DNA from: Candidatus Izemoplasmatales bacterium
GTDB lineage: Bacteria > Bacillota_I > Bacilli_A > Izemoplasmatales > Hujiaoplasmataceae
DNA: 24,000 nucleotides
Reading direction: 5' to 3'
NCBI GenBank assembly: GCA_050177605.1
Contig: JBFXGX010000003.1
Span: forward strand, 104,593-128,592
Position numbers and translations under genes: made by a program. Below the pieces are notes generated by a model. It made no database searches and was not told the origin of the DNA. It saw nothing but the letters and a program-made list of their open reading frames with translations. Below, one piece after another: positions 7,524 to 15,472 of the stretch (position 1 is its first letter; each line of letters begins with the position of its first letter).

Positions 7524-9467
7524 CTACTCTTCCCCCTTGATTCGGTAATTATCTTCACTTTCAAAGGAGACAAATGTATCAATCCATTCTTTTCGTGGTT
7601 CTACTTTATCACCCATAAGGACGCTGATGCGTTGATCCGCATCGGCTAAGTCTTCAAGTTGAACTTGAATTAATGTTCTTGTTTCAGGATTCATTGTTGT
7701 ATCCCAAAGTTGGGATGCATTCATTTCCCCCAAACCTTTGTACCTTTGAATATTGTAATTTTTGTATTTCTTACAAATGATTTCTCGATCTTCTTCTGTC
7801 CAAGCGTATTCAATCTCTTCTTTTTTAGATCCTGTTTTGGTGATTTTATAAAGAGGAGGTAATGCGATATATAATTTTCCAGCTTCGACTAAAGCGCGCA
7901 TGTAGCGGAAAAAGAACGTGATTAAAAGTACCTGAATATGGGCACCATCGGTATCCGCATCAGTCATAATAATCACTTTATTGTATTGTGCCTTATTGAC
8001 TTGAAACTCCGTTCCTAGTCCTGCACCTAAAGTGGAGATAATCGTTCCTATTTCTTCATTTTTAAGAACATCTTCCATCTTTTGTTTTTCAGAATTAATG
8101 ACTTTCCCTCGAAGTGGCAAAATCGCTTGAAAACGACGATCTCTTCCTTGTTTTGCACTGCCACCAGCACTATCCCCTTCAACTAAGAATAATTCGTTAA
8201 TTTTTGGGTTTTTGGAAGTTGCTGGAGATAATTTTCCTGAAAGAATTGTGTCTTGTTTCGCGACTTTTTTTACAAGACGAGCGTCTTCTCTGGCTTTTCT
8301 TGCAGCCTCACGAGCATTACGTGCATTGAGTGATTTTTCAATCAACGTAGCACTGATTTGAGGATTCTCTGTTAAGTAGATTGTGAGTTTCTCGGAAATA
8401 ACATTTTCGACGGCAGGTCGGGCTTCTGGAGAACCTAATTTGTTTTTCGTTTGACCTTCAAACTGGAGTAAACCTTCAGGGATTCTTACAGAGATGATCA
8501 CTGTTAATCCCTCACGTATATCTGCACCTTCTAATGCTAAATCTTTTTCTTTTAATAATCCAACTTTACGAGCGTAATCATTAAATACTTTTGTAAAAGC
8601 CGATTTAAACCCTGTCTCATGGGTCCCACCATCTTTGGTGCGAACGTTATTGACAAAGGAGATAACATTTTCTGAGTACGAACTTGAATATTGGAACGCA
8701 ACTTCAACTTCAATATCCGATGCACTCCCTTCAAAATAAACGGAGTTGTGTAAGACTGTTTTTGATGTATTTAAAAATTTAACATATTCTGAAATACCGT
8801 CTTCGTATAAATAGACCGCACGTTGTTTATTTCTTTCGTCGATTAATGTCACTTTCAGTCCTTTAATCAAAAAAGCACTTTCTCTTAATCGTTCTTCGAG
8901 GGTTTGAAAATGAAATAAGGTCGTTGAAAAAATGGTTGGGTCTGGTTTAAACCAAATCTCCGTACCTTGTTTTTTTGTTTCACCGATGACGATGAGTTCT
9001 TTGGTTTTTCTTCCACCATTTTCAAATCGCATTTGGTACATCAGTCCATCACGATGGACCGTAACCTCTAAGAATTCGGACAAGGCATTGACGACAGATG
9101 CTCCAACACCATGAAGACCACCACTGACTTTATAAGCACCACTATTTCCAAACTTACCACCTGCATGAAGTTTTGTAAAAATGACTTCAACGCCGGTCAT
9201 TCCAGAAGTATGCATATCAACAGGCATTCCACGACCATCATCGCTGACTAAAATCGAGTTATCTTCTTTTACGACAACTCGGATGCTTTTACCATAACCT
9301 GCCAATACTTCATCAATCGAATTATCGACGATTTCCCACACCAAATGATGGAGACCTCTTGTATCAGTACTTCCAACATACATCCCTGGTCTTTTTCTGA
9401 CAGCTTCTAAACCTTCAAGTATCTGCAGGGACTTGGCATTATATAATTCGGTTGCTTTTTCACTCAT
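7524..9467 (-). CDS. parE: DNA topoisomerase IV subunit B (ParE)
   Basis: GHKL and Toprim motifs are present: LEGLEAVRKRPGMYVGST, GGLHGVGASVVNALS, LVEGDSAGGSAKQGRDR, PLRGKVIN and IMTDADTDGAHI. The stop abuts the parC ATG with no gap. The track start is ATG 9473, but the RBS AGAGG is only 2 nt from it and 8 nt from the second ATG at 9467. The start is therefore 9467 (preferred) or 9473. Confidence 0.8.
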   Translation of the reverse strand: MSEKATELYNAKSLQILEGLEAVRKRPGMYVGSTDTRGLHHLVWEIVDNSIDEVLAGYGKSIRVVVKEDNSILVSDDGRGMPVDMHTSGMTGVEVIFTKLHAGGKFGNSGAYKVSGGLHGVGASVVNALSEFLEVTVHRDGLMYQMRFENGGRKTKELIVIGETKKQGTEIWFKPDPTIFSTTLFHFQTLEERLRESAFLIKGLKVTLIDERNKQRAVYLYEDGISEYVKFLNTSKTVLHNSVYFEGSASDIEVEVAFQYSSSYSENVISFVNNVRTKDGGTHETGFKSAFTKVFNDYARKVGLLKEKDLALEGADIREGLTVIISVRIPEGLLQFEGQTKNKLGSPEARPAVENVISEKLTIYLTENPQISATLIEKSLNARNAREAARKAREDARLVKKVAKQDTILSGKLSPATSKNPKINELFLVEGDSAGGSAKQGRDRRFQAILPLRGKVINSEKQKMEDVLKNEEIGTIISTLGAGLGTEFQVNKAQYNKVIIMTDADTDGAHIQVLLITFFFRYMRALVEAGKLYIALPPLYKITKTGSKKEEIEYAWTEEDREIICKKYKNYNIQRYKGLGEMNASQLWDTTMNPETRTLIQVQLEDLADADQRISVLMGDKVEPRKEWIDTFVSFESEDNYRIKGEE

Positions 9468-9497
9468 GTACATAACCTCTTTTTCACTTACCTATTT

Positions 9498-9506
9498 ATT
9501 ATACCA
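9498..9506 (-). promoter_or_regulatory. Putative extended -10 promoter (TGGTATAAT) for parE-parC
   Basis: The minus strand reads agttTGgTATAATaaataggtaagtgaaaaAGAGGttatgtacATG. Confidence 0.5.
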
Positions 9507-9544
9507 AACTTTTACATTTTTTTCCTTCCTTTTTTTTGATATTA

Positions 9545-9553
9545 TGGTATAAT
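9545..9553 (+). promoter_or_regulatory. Putative extended -10 promoter (TGGTATAAT) for plsY
   Basis: The plus strand reads attaTGgTATAATcttaactagttttGGAGGtcttattATG. It is divergent from the parE promoter. Confidence 0.5.
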
Positions 9554-9578
9554 CTTAACTAGTTTTGGAGGTCTTATT

Positions 9579-10226
9579 ATGTTCAATATCTTATTTTTAT
9601 TCCTTGCTTACTTACTCGGGTCAATTCCCTTCTCTTATTTGTTTGGCGAACTATTTAAACATCAAGATTTAAGGAAGTTTGGAAGCGGTAATTTAGGCGC
9701 TACAAACGCATTTAGAGTCTTTGGAAAAGCAGTCGGATCTCTTGTGATGGTTTTCGATGTAGTGAAGAGTGGTTTACTCGTTTTCTTAATGATTCACTAC
9801 AGTGAAACTTTCTCCTTTATCACCATTGATCCACTCTACTTCGGTTTAGCAAGTGTGATTGGTCATGTCTACCCTGTTTGGTTCAAATTTAAGGGTGGAA
9901 AAGGTGTCGCTACCTCTTTTGGATTACTACTTGCATTTGATTGGAAAATAGCACTCATTATGGCACTCATTTTCTTCGCAATCCAAATTGCGACGCGTTA
10001 TGTCAGCGTTAGTTCCGTATTATCTGCAGTAGCTGTATTCTTCCTCAATGTGTATTTATATTTCTTTAGTGGAAATCCGATGTATCATACTATTCATCTT
10101 TTGATTGTGACGTTTGTGGCGGTAATGATTATTGTGTTTAAACACTCATCAAATTACGAACGACTTAAAAAAGGAACTGAAAACAAAGTCAAATGGTTAG
10201 ATTTTCTCGATAAGAAAAAGAGTTGA
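9579..10226 (+). CDS. plsY: Acyl-phosphate:glycerol-3-phosphate acyltransferase PlsY
   Basis: A polytopic membrane protein with PlsY signatures GSGNLGATNAFRVFGK and FKGGKGVATSFG. RBS is GGAGG, 7 nt upstream of the ATG. Confidence 0.9.
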   Translation: MFNILFLFLAYLLGSIPFSYLFGELFKHQDLRKFGSGNLGATNAFRVFGKAVGSLVMVFDVVKSGLLVFLMIHYSETFSFITIDPLYFGLASVIGHVYPVWFKFKGGKGVATSFGLLLAFDWKIALIMALIFFAIQIATRYVSVSSVLSAVAVFFLNVYLYFFSGNPMYHTIHLLIVTFVAVMIIVFKHSSNYERLKKGTENKVKWLDFLDKKKS

Positions 10227-10258
10227 AATTCAGATGAATTTTCAACTCTTCTTTTTTT
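10220..10258. terminator. Bidirectional rho-independent terminator between convergent plsY and the surface-protein gene
   Basis: The stem GAGTTGAAA (10220-10228) pairs with TTTCAACTC (10240-10248). It is followed by ttcttttttt on the plus strand and preceded by an A-rich run that gives a U-tract on the minus transcript. The plsY stop lies inside the stem. Confidence 0.75.
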
Positions 10259-13200
10259 ATCTTTTTTTCAATAGTAATGCCAAAATTTCTTTTTTAAAGA
10301 GGACTCCTGTCGAGGCGGTTCCACCAATCGCAAGCAATCCAATAATATACCACCAGGAGAATTTCGTTTGTTCCTCAATGGTAAAATGAAGTGTTGTCAC
10401 ATTGTCTTGGGTATCCGTCACGACTAACGTATATGTTCCTGGGTCAGTTACTACAGTTCCACTCGCGAATGGATGACCGTTTAACAGGGCTGTGCCCTCA
10501 TTAAAGGTAATCGTCGCATCTTGACCATAAGTGAAGATCTGATAATCACTAACACCATTCACAATTGGTGGCGTTTCATCGACGAAACGCGCAACGACAG
10601 TAACATCCCTTTCAGGCATCGTAAACGTTGATGGATTAATTAACTCATCACCGATGTACCAGCCAACAAATTCATAATTCGTTTTGGTTGGATTGTCTAA
10701 CCAAGGCACTGTGCTTCCATAACCTAATTCAATTTCAAAATTAACGCCATTCACACTGAAATATAATGTATAGAATATTTCCGTCCATTTTGCATATAAT
10801 GTAAGATTCGTAGAAGGCATGTTCAGTAACTCAAATTTTGTATTTAGGGTCGTATCCGTATACCATCCATCAAATGAATATCCTATGCGCGTAGGGATTG
10901 GCAAATCTATCAGACTGTCATAACGATATTCTTCCCAAGCAATACTATTTCCTCCACGACTATCATAAGTAATGGTATAGTTATTCGGTGTGAAACGCGG
11001 ATAAAAAGATAGGTCTTCAGAAGGCATTGTTAAAGGAATCGCTTGACTCCATCCAACAAATGTATAGCCATCCAATCTTGAGGGGATGACACTTTGAATA
11101 GGAATTAATCCATCCATATAATCAAATGTATATTGATTCAAAATGGTCGTTTGATCAGCCTCATAAAAAGTGACAGTATAACTCCTTATGGTCCATTTTG
11201 CATAAAGAGTAATGTCTTCAAGCATGAACGAACTTAAGTCAGTAATGACTTCGCCAGTACCCTCACTATTTAAATAAAATCCATCAAACTGATACCCAGC
11301 CCTAGAAGGATCGTAAAAGTCAAAGCTGTCTCCTAAGGTAAACGTGGCAGGATTTCTAGAATCATTCACACCACCTATTAACATATAAGTTATCTGATAT
11401 GGATGAAGTGTCCATTTCACATACAAGGTGATATCTTCTCCTGGCATTGTATCAAAGAGATAAGTAGTCGAGTAGGTGAGATCGGTATAATATCCATCAA
11501 AATCATAACCTAAATACGTTGGCGCTGTCAAAGGCGCAGAAATCGCCTCTTGATACAACGCTTGAATCAGTGGGATAGCTGAACCTCCCTGGGTATCAAA
11601 ATAGATTCGGTATTCTCCTATTGTATAATTCGCAGTAATCGTGACATCGTGATTGGGCATGGTCAAAGGAATTGACGAAGACCATCCACTGAGGTCATAT
11701 CCATATTTATCTCCCAGAGGATAGCTCACGGCCGATAAATCAGTTTGATATAGATAATCATTGGTCCAAATCGTTTGACCTTCATCATCGACAAAAGTAA
11801 GCGTGTACAGATCGAGCGTCCATAATGCATAGAGTTCATAATCTTGTAAATCTTCTTCTCCCGTTGAAATCGATGAAACCGAATTTCCTAAATATGTATT
11901 ATCAAGATACCATCCAACAAAGGAATACCCTTCTTTCGTTGGATTTTCCAAAGTGAGTGGTGTATCTAACAAAGTATAACTATCTGGATTTGAAGGGTGA
12001 TTTAGTCCTCCATCTAAATGATAATTGATTTGATAAGCATGCGGTGTCCAAGAAGCATAAAGATCTGTGTCACTCGATAAAGGATAGGGGAAAGTAACAG
12101 AAGTTAGAAGCGCTTCATCGCTGTACCATCCAGAAAAATCATAATCTTTTCTTTCGGTCTCGGGGCTATAACCAAGAACATAACCCGTTGGCACAAGATT
12201 ATAAACATGAAAACTCAAATCATCTAGTGAAGAGATAATCATTTCGACTTCAAGGTCTTGATCGATATCCATAAACATAATCTGTGATGGACTGGCTATG
12301 GCCATACTGGTACTACCATATCCACTGGATGAATTAAATAAAGTGGTTTGAACTGAAGAGGACTGAGGTACAATATAATCTAAAAATCCATTTTCGTCGG
12401 TATCATAATAGGTTCCTCCACCGAGTGAAGAATAAGAATACATCTCAAGCCTCGTAAACGAAGTGTTGCCATTATTGAGATAGACTGCATAATAACTATC
12501 CGCGATATTACCACTTTCTAAACTAATAAAATCTTTATCTCCATCATTATCAAAATCGACATAATCAAGCGATGTTGGTTTTGCGAGTGTTGTACTAATT
12601 AAGTGAGACGATGTAAAACTTCCAAGTGAATCATTTTCAACCCACATCACTTTATAGTCATCATAAGCTGAGAACGCTAAATCTAAATCACCATCTAGGT
12701 CAATATCCGAAAGGACGAGATCATATGGATGAGGCGCTGTGTATAATATGGTTTCTGTCGAAAATGTATGAAGTGACGTCTGGAAAAAACAAAGTACTTG
12801 GTTGGTGTTTGTAGAATTGACGACGATATCAGGATAAATATCATCATCTACAAGCCCAATTTCAAGGTCAGTAGCTTCGTCGAGTGGTGCGACTTGATTC
12901 ACTGTTGAAGTTGTAAAATTACCACTTCCGTCGTTATAAAAGATGACTACCACATTACGATTAGACACACCAACAATATCAAGATCATCATCTAAATCGA
13001 TATCATATAGTTTTAAGGAGGTGAATTGTACGCTTAATGAGCTAATCAAATGCTCAGTATAAGTACCATTTCCATGATTTTCAATCCAGCCGAGATAAAG
13101 ATTTTGATAGAGAGAAAAAACGATATCTTGTTCTGTATCTTGATTGATGTCACCTAGTTCAAACAACACACTCGTTTCCGCTTCACTCATTAAAGGTAGA

Positions 13201-13382
13201 GAAGGGTCAATGACTTCTTGAAAAACATAACTCATCTCATAAGACGAACTCATATCGACTGTACTACCACCATTTTCATGAAATGTCACAGTATAATCAG
13301 TGAGACTATCAGCGAAAACGACAGAGACTGAAAATAAAAAAAAGAAAATGAGAAAAAGCAGGATGGACGTTTTTATCTTCAT
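10257..13382 (-). CDS. Large cell-surface protein: signal peptide, FG-GAP/VCBS-like repeats, 8 Listeria-Bacteroides (Flg_new) repeats, Ig-like module, C-terminal TM anchor
   Basis: The signal peptide is MKIKTSILLFLIFFFLFSVSVVFA|D. Ca-binding-type repeats include DIDLDDDLDIVG, DIDLDGDLDLAF, DFDNDGDKDF and DIDQDLEVEM. There are eight repeats with the G(Y)xFxGW(Y)...LYAxWT pattern, for example KEGYSFVGWY...LYALWT and RIGYSFDGWY...LYAKWT. A module with GTYTLVVTDTQDNVT follows. The hydrophobic tail is WWYIIGLLAIGGTASTGVLF followed by KKEILALLLKKR, and there is no LPXTG. RBS is AAGGGGG. Confidence 0.7.
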   Translation of the reverse strand: MKIKTSILLFLIFFFLFSVSVVFADSLTDYTVTFHENGGSTVDMSSSYEMSYVFQEVIDPSLPLMSEAETSVLFELGDINQDTEQDIVFSLYQNLYLGWIENHGNGTYTEHLISSLSVQFTSLKLYDIDLDDDLDIVGVSNRNVVVIFYNDGSGNFTTSTVNQVAPLDEATDLEIGLVDDDIYPDIVVNSTNTNQVLCFFQTSLHTFSTETILYTAPHPYDLVLSDIDLDGDLDLAFSAYDDYKVMWVENDSLGSFTSSHLISTTLAKPTSLDYVDFDNDGDKDFISLESGNIADSYYAVYLNNGNTSFTRLEMYSYSSLGGGTYYDTDENGFLDYIVPQSSSVQTTLFNSSSGYGSTSMAIASPSQIMFMDIDQDLEVEMIISSLDDLSFHVYNLVPTGYVLGYSPETERKDYDFSGWYSDEALLTSVTFPYPLSSDTDLYASWTPHAYQINYHLDGGLNHPSNPDSYTLLDTPLTLENPTKEGYSFVGWYLDNTYLGNSVSSISTGEEDLQDYELYALWTLDLYTLTFVDDEGQTIWTNDYLYQTDLSAVSYPLGDKYGYDLSGWSSSIPLTMPNHDVTITANYTIGEYRIYFDTQGGSAIPLIQALYQEAISAPLTAPTYLGYDFDGYYTDLTYSTTYLFDTMPGEDITLYVKWTLHPYQITYMLIGGVNDSRNPATFTLGDSFDFYDPSRAGYQFDGFYLNSEGTGEVITDLSSFMLEDITLYAKWTIRSYTVTFYEADQTTILNQYTFDYMDGLIPIQSVIPSRLDGYTFVGWSQAIPLTMPSEDLSFYPRFTPNNYTITYDSRGGNSIAWEEYRYDSLIDLPIPTRIGYSFDGWYTDTTLNTKFELLNMPSTNLTLYAKWTEIFYTLYFSVNGVNFEIELGYGSTVPWLDNPTKTNYEFVGWYIGDELINPSTFTMPERDVTVVARFVDETPPIVNGVSDYQIFTYGQDATITFNEGTALLNGHPFASGTVVTDPGTYTLVVTDTQDNVTTLHFTIEEQTKFSWWYIIGLLAIGGTASTGVLFKKEILALLLKKR

Positions 13383-13406
13383 TGTAATGCCCCCTTATCT
13401 ATTTTT

Positions 13407-13415
13407 ATTATATCA
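13407..13415 (-). promoter_or_regulatory. Putative extended -10 promoter (TGATATAAT) for the surface-protein gene
   Basis: The minus strand reads ctatttTGaTATAATaaaaatagatAAGGGGGcattacaATG. Confidence 0.45.
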
Positions 13416-13440
13416 AAATAGCTGCTTATTTAAACCCTAT

Positions 13441-13470
13441 AAAAGAAAAAAACCATCGAAATGGTTTCTT
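13441..13470 (-). terminator. Rho-independent terminator after yneF-like gene
   Basis: The stem AACCAT (13451-13456) pairs with ATGGTT (13461-13466) around a 4-nt loop. The minus transcript continues into a U-rich run (plus-strand aaaagaaaaa, 13441-13450). A T-rich run on the other side may make it bidirectional. Confidence 0.7.
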
Positions 13471-13474
13471 TTGT

Positions 13475-13690
13475 TTATTTTGCTTGTTTCATAGCGGCCA
13501 TCGTTTGTCTTACTTGTTTTTCCGATGGTGTTCTTCCCATAGATGTATACATTGCACGTATCATCGCTTCATTAATTGGTGGATTCTTTTCAAGTTGATT
13601 TGTGAACACTTTTCTAGAAATAAAATATCCAGCAACTAATCCTACTAATAATCCGATAACAGCTAAACCGATACCTAATCCTACACTCAT
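13475..13690 (-). CDS. yneF: UPF0154 family small membrane protein (YneF-like)
   Basis: 71 aa, with one N-terminal TM helix (GLGIGLAVIGLLVGLVAGYFI). The PPINEAMIRAMYTSMGRTPSEKQVRQ block is characteristic of YneF/UPF0154. RBS is AAGGAG. Confidence 0.75.
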   Translation of the reverse strand: MSVGLGIGLAVIGLLVGLVAGYFISRKVFTNQLEKNPPINEAMIRAMYTSMGRTPSEKQVRQTMAAMKQAK

Positions 13691-13717
13691 TTTATCAGCT
13701 CCTTATTCTTCCATTTT

Positions 13718-13746
13718 ATTGTATCAAATAAGTTCGTTTTAATCAA
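13718..13746 (-). promoter_or_regulatory. Putative promoter for yneF-like gene (TTGATT-17-TACAAT with TG extension)
   Basis: The minus strand reads cTTGATTaaaacgaacttattTGaTACAATaaaatggaagaatAAGGAGctgataaaATG. Confidence 0.5.
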
Positions 13747-13800
13747 GAAAAATAAGTGTGAAAAAATATTATGAAATTGTTTTCAATCGTCAACTTCTTC

Positions 13801-13829
13801 TTTACAAATCGATGAATGATTGATACAAT
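13801..13829 (+). promoter_or_regulatory. Putative promoter for the ferredoxin gene (TTTACA-17-TACAAT with TG extension)
   Basis: The plus strand reads TTTACAaatcgatgaatgatTGaTACAAT. It sits back-to-back with the yneF promoter, and both share the 10-mer TTGATACAAT in inverted orientation. Confidence 0.5.
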
Positions 13830-13871
13830 ATTCTCGTAGTATTAATCTATCTCAATAAGGGAGGGATATTT

Positions 13872-14039
13872 ATGCCAAGAAGAATTTTAGATACTTGTAT
13901 CGCATGTGGAACATGTGCTGAAAACTGTCCAGTTGATTGCATCAGCGCAGGGGATATCTACGTAATTGATGCAGATCAATGTATTGACTGTGGAGTTTGC
14001 GAAGTAAACTGCCCTGTTGAATGTATCATTACAGAATAA
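13872..14039 (+). CDS. fdx: Clostridial-type 2x[4Fe-4S] ferredoxin (55 aa)
   Basis: Missed by the track because it is under 60 aa. My translation is MPRRILDTCIACGTCAENCPVDCISAGDIYVIDADQCIDCGVCEVNCPVECIITE*. It has two CxxCxxCxxxCP cluster motifs. A strong RBS (aAGGGAGGGa) lies 5-6 nt before the ATG, and a terminator follows. Confidence 0.85.
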   Translation: MPRRILDTCIACGTCAENCPVDCISAGDIYVIDADQCIDCGVCEVNCPVECIITE

Positions 14040-14050
14040 CTTTATTTATT

Positions 14051-14081
14051 AAAAAATAGCGACCTGGTCGCTATTTTTTTT
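14051..14081. terminator. Bidirectional rho-independent terminator between convergent fdx and marR
   Basis: The sequence is aaaaaATAGCGAC-ctg-GTCGCTATttttttt. An 8-bp GC-containing stem is flanked by an A-run and a T-run. Confidence 0.85.
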
Positions 14082-14514
14082 ATCTTTTTCTAAAATAAGA
14101 AGCTACTTTTTCTAAAGATTGAATAAGAATTTCATCTTCTTCAATCTTTAAGTCTTCAAAGATTGCATCAATCATCTTTTGATGATAGAAATCATGGATT
14201 CGAAGAACGCGTTTCGCTGGTTGTTCTAGGGCAATTAAAACTTTTCGCCGATCACTTTCATCGGTGTAACGGCGCACATATCCTTTTTGAACCAATGTGT
14301 TAATTGCTGTGGTCGCTGAACCGACGGTAATTCCGAGTTTTTGAGCAATATTCGTCATGTTTGGTTCAGAAACGATATTAACAGCTTCAAGCACATGAAC
14401 TTCATTCATGGAGATTTTGACTCCTTGTTTCTTTAATTCTTCGCCTTCAATCGCTAAAATACGATTAAATATATCGACGAGTAGTTCATTGATAATTGCT
14501 TTGGCTTCACTCAT
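14080..14514 (-). CDS. MarR-family transcriptional regulator, FabT-like
   Basis: The 144-aa sequence aligns by eye along its whole length with my recollection of streptococcal FabT. Shared blocks are INE.L..IFN..L.IE...L, then IS..E.H, then T.G..TT..N.L..KGY..R....DRR.V, then R.H...H..M. It is the distal gene of a bicistron with degV (8-nt gap, RBS AGAGG). Confidence 0.6.
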   Translation of the reverse strand: MSEAKAIINELLVDIFNRILAIEGEELKKQGVKISMNEVHVLEAVNIVSEPNMTNIAQKLGITVGSATTAINTLVQKGYVRRYTDESDRRKVLIALEQPAKRVLRIHDFYHQKMIDAIFEDLKIEEDEILIQSLEKVASYFRKR

Positions 14515-14522
14515 ATTGACCT

Positions 14523-15374
14523 CTATTCTTTTTCAATGTAACCCATGCCCATCGTTCCTGGACCGGCATGGCATCCAACGACTGGTGTTAATGGAATCAG
14601 TTTAACTTCTGAAATGCCATCAACTTTAAGAAGTTCATCTTGAAAATCAAGCATCTCTCCCATATTGTTTGTGTAAATGACAAAGAGTTCAACTTTTTTC
14701 CCTTTAATCTCTTCAAGTATTTTTTCTAGCATGACTTCTCTTGCTTTTTGGGTCGTTCTAATCTTTTCCATGGTCACTACTTTTCCTTCTTTCGAAACAT
14801 GTAGTAATGGTTTTAATTTTAGTAACGATCCTAAAAATCCTTGTGCGTTGGATAAACGTCCATTTTTAACTAAATATTTTAATGTATCAACAGTCACATA
14901 AATATGATTGTGATCTCTAATAAATTCTAATGCAGCTAAGATATCGTGTGAAGTAGCCCCTTGATCTGACATTTGTTTCGCTGTCATTGCCATCAGTGCT
15001 TCGACATAGGAAATACTTAGAGAATCAAAAACATGTACTGGTGTATCTTCCAACATTTTCGCAGCGAGGATTGCATTTTGATAGGTGCCGCTCAAATGTT
15101 TAGAGATGGTAATAATGATCAGTTCATCATAACCAGAAGCAACCATTTCTTGATACATTTCAAGAAGGTATCCTGTACTTGTTTGTGCTGTTTTGATATC
15201 TAAATCTGGGTTTTTAGTAATTCTATCATAAAAATCATCTGAGGTAATTTCGACAAAGTCTTCGAATTCTTGATCTTCGATTAAAAGTAATGATCTAAAA
15301 ATACGAATTTCTTTATCGTGAACTAGATAATCTAGTCCTGAGTTTCCACATACTGCTACACCAATTTTTGACAT
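14523..15374 (-). CDS. DegV family fatty-acid-binding protein (FakB-type)
   Basis: 283 aa, with DegV hallmarks: TAQTSTG, IIITISKHLSGTYQNA, GRLSNAQGFLGSLLKLKPLL and the C-terminal VGCHAGPGTMGMGY. RBS is AAGGAGA. Confidence 0.85.
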   Translation of the reverse strand: MSKIGVAVCGNSGLDYLVHDKEIRIFRSLLLIEDQEFEDFVEITSDDFYDRITKNPDLDIKTAQTSTGYLLEMYQEMVASGYDELIIITISKHLSGTYQNAILAAKMLEDTPVHVFDSLSISYVEALMAMTAKQMSDQGATSHDILAALEFIRDHNHIYVTVDTLKYLVKNGRLSNAQGFLGSLLKLKPLLHVSKEGKVVTMEKIRTTQKAREVMLEKILEEIKGKKVELFVIYTNNMGEMLDFQDELLKVDGISEVKLIPLTPVVGCHAGPGTMGMGYIEKE

Positions 15375-15400
15375 GTTGGTTCTCCTTTTATTCTTTTAAG

Positions 15401-15422
15401 TTCAAATATTTTGAATTTCAAA
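15401..15422. promoter_or_regulatory. Overlapping palindromes TTCAAA-tat-TTTGAA and TTTGA-att-TCAAA; candidate FabT-type operator of the degV-marR operon
   Basis: The sequence at 15401-15422 is ttcaaatattttgaatttcaaa. The TTTGA-N3-TCAAA core (15410-15422) has the same half-sites and spacing as the streptococcal FabT box as I recall it (ANTTTGA-N3-TCAAATT). It lies between candidate -10 elements and the RBS. Confidence 0.45.
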
Positions 15423-15437
15423 CAATAGTTTAACATA

Positions 15438-15463
15438 AAGAATATTGAAAAGCAAGAATATTG
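15438..15463. repeat. Direct repeat AAGAATATTG x2 (16-bp period) in the degV promoter region
   Basis: Copies lie at 15438-15447 and 15454-15463, and they overlap the candidate -35/-10 elements. On the minus strand these are TTGACC-18-TATTCT or TTGCTT-17-TAAACT preceded by TGt. Confidence 0.5.
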
Positions 15464-15472
15464 GTCAAAATC

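Noticed and set aside
4848-9473. Possibility that this type IIA topoisomerase pair is gyrB-gyrA rather than parE-parC
   Set aside because: The A subunit N-terminus ([30 protein letters not shown]) follows the Gram-positive ParC/GrlA pattern. I see no GyrA-box (QRRGGKG) in the C-terminal domain. The divergent plsY neighbour matches parEC synteny, whereas gyrBA normally sits with dnaA-dnaN-recF. This is not absolutely excluded without a phylogeny.
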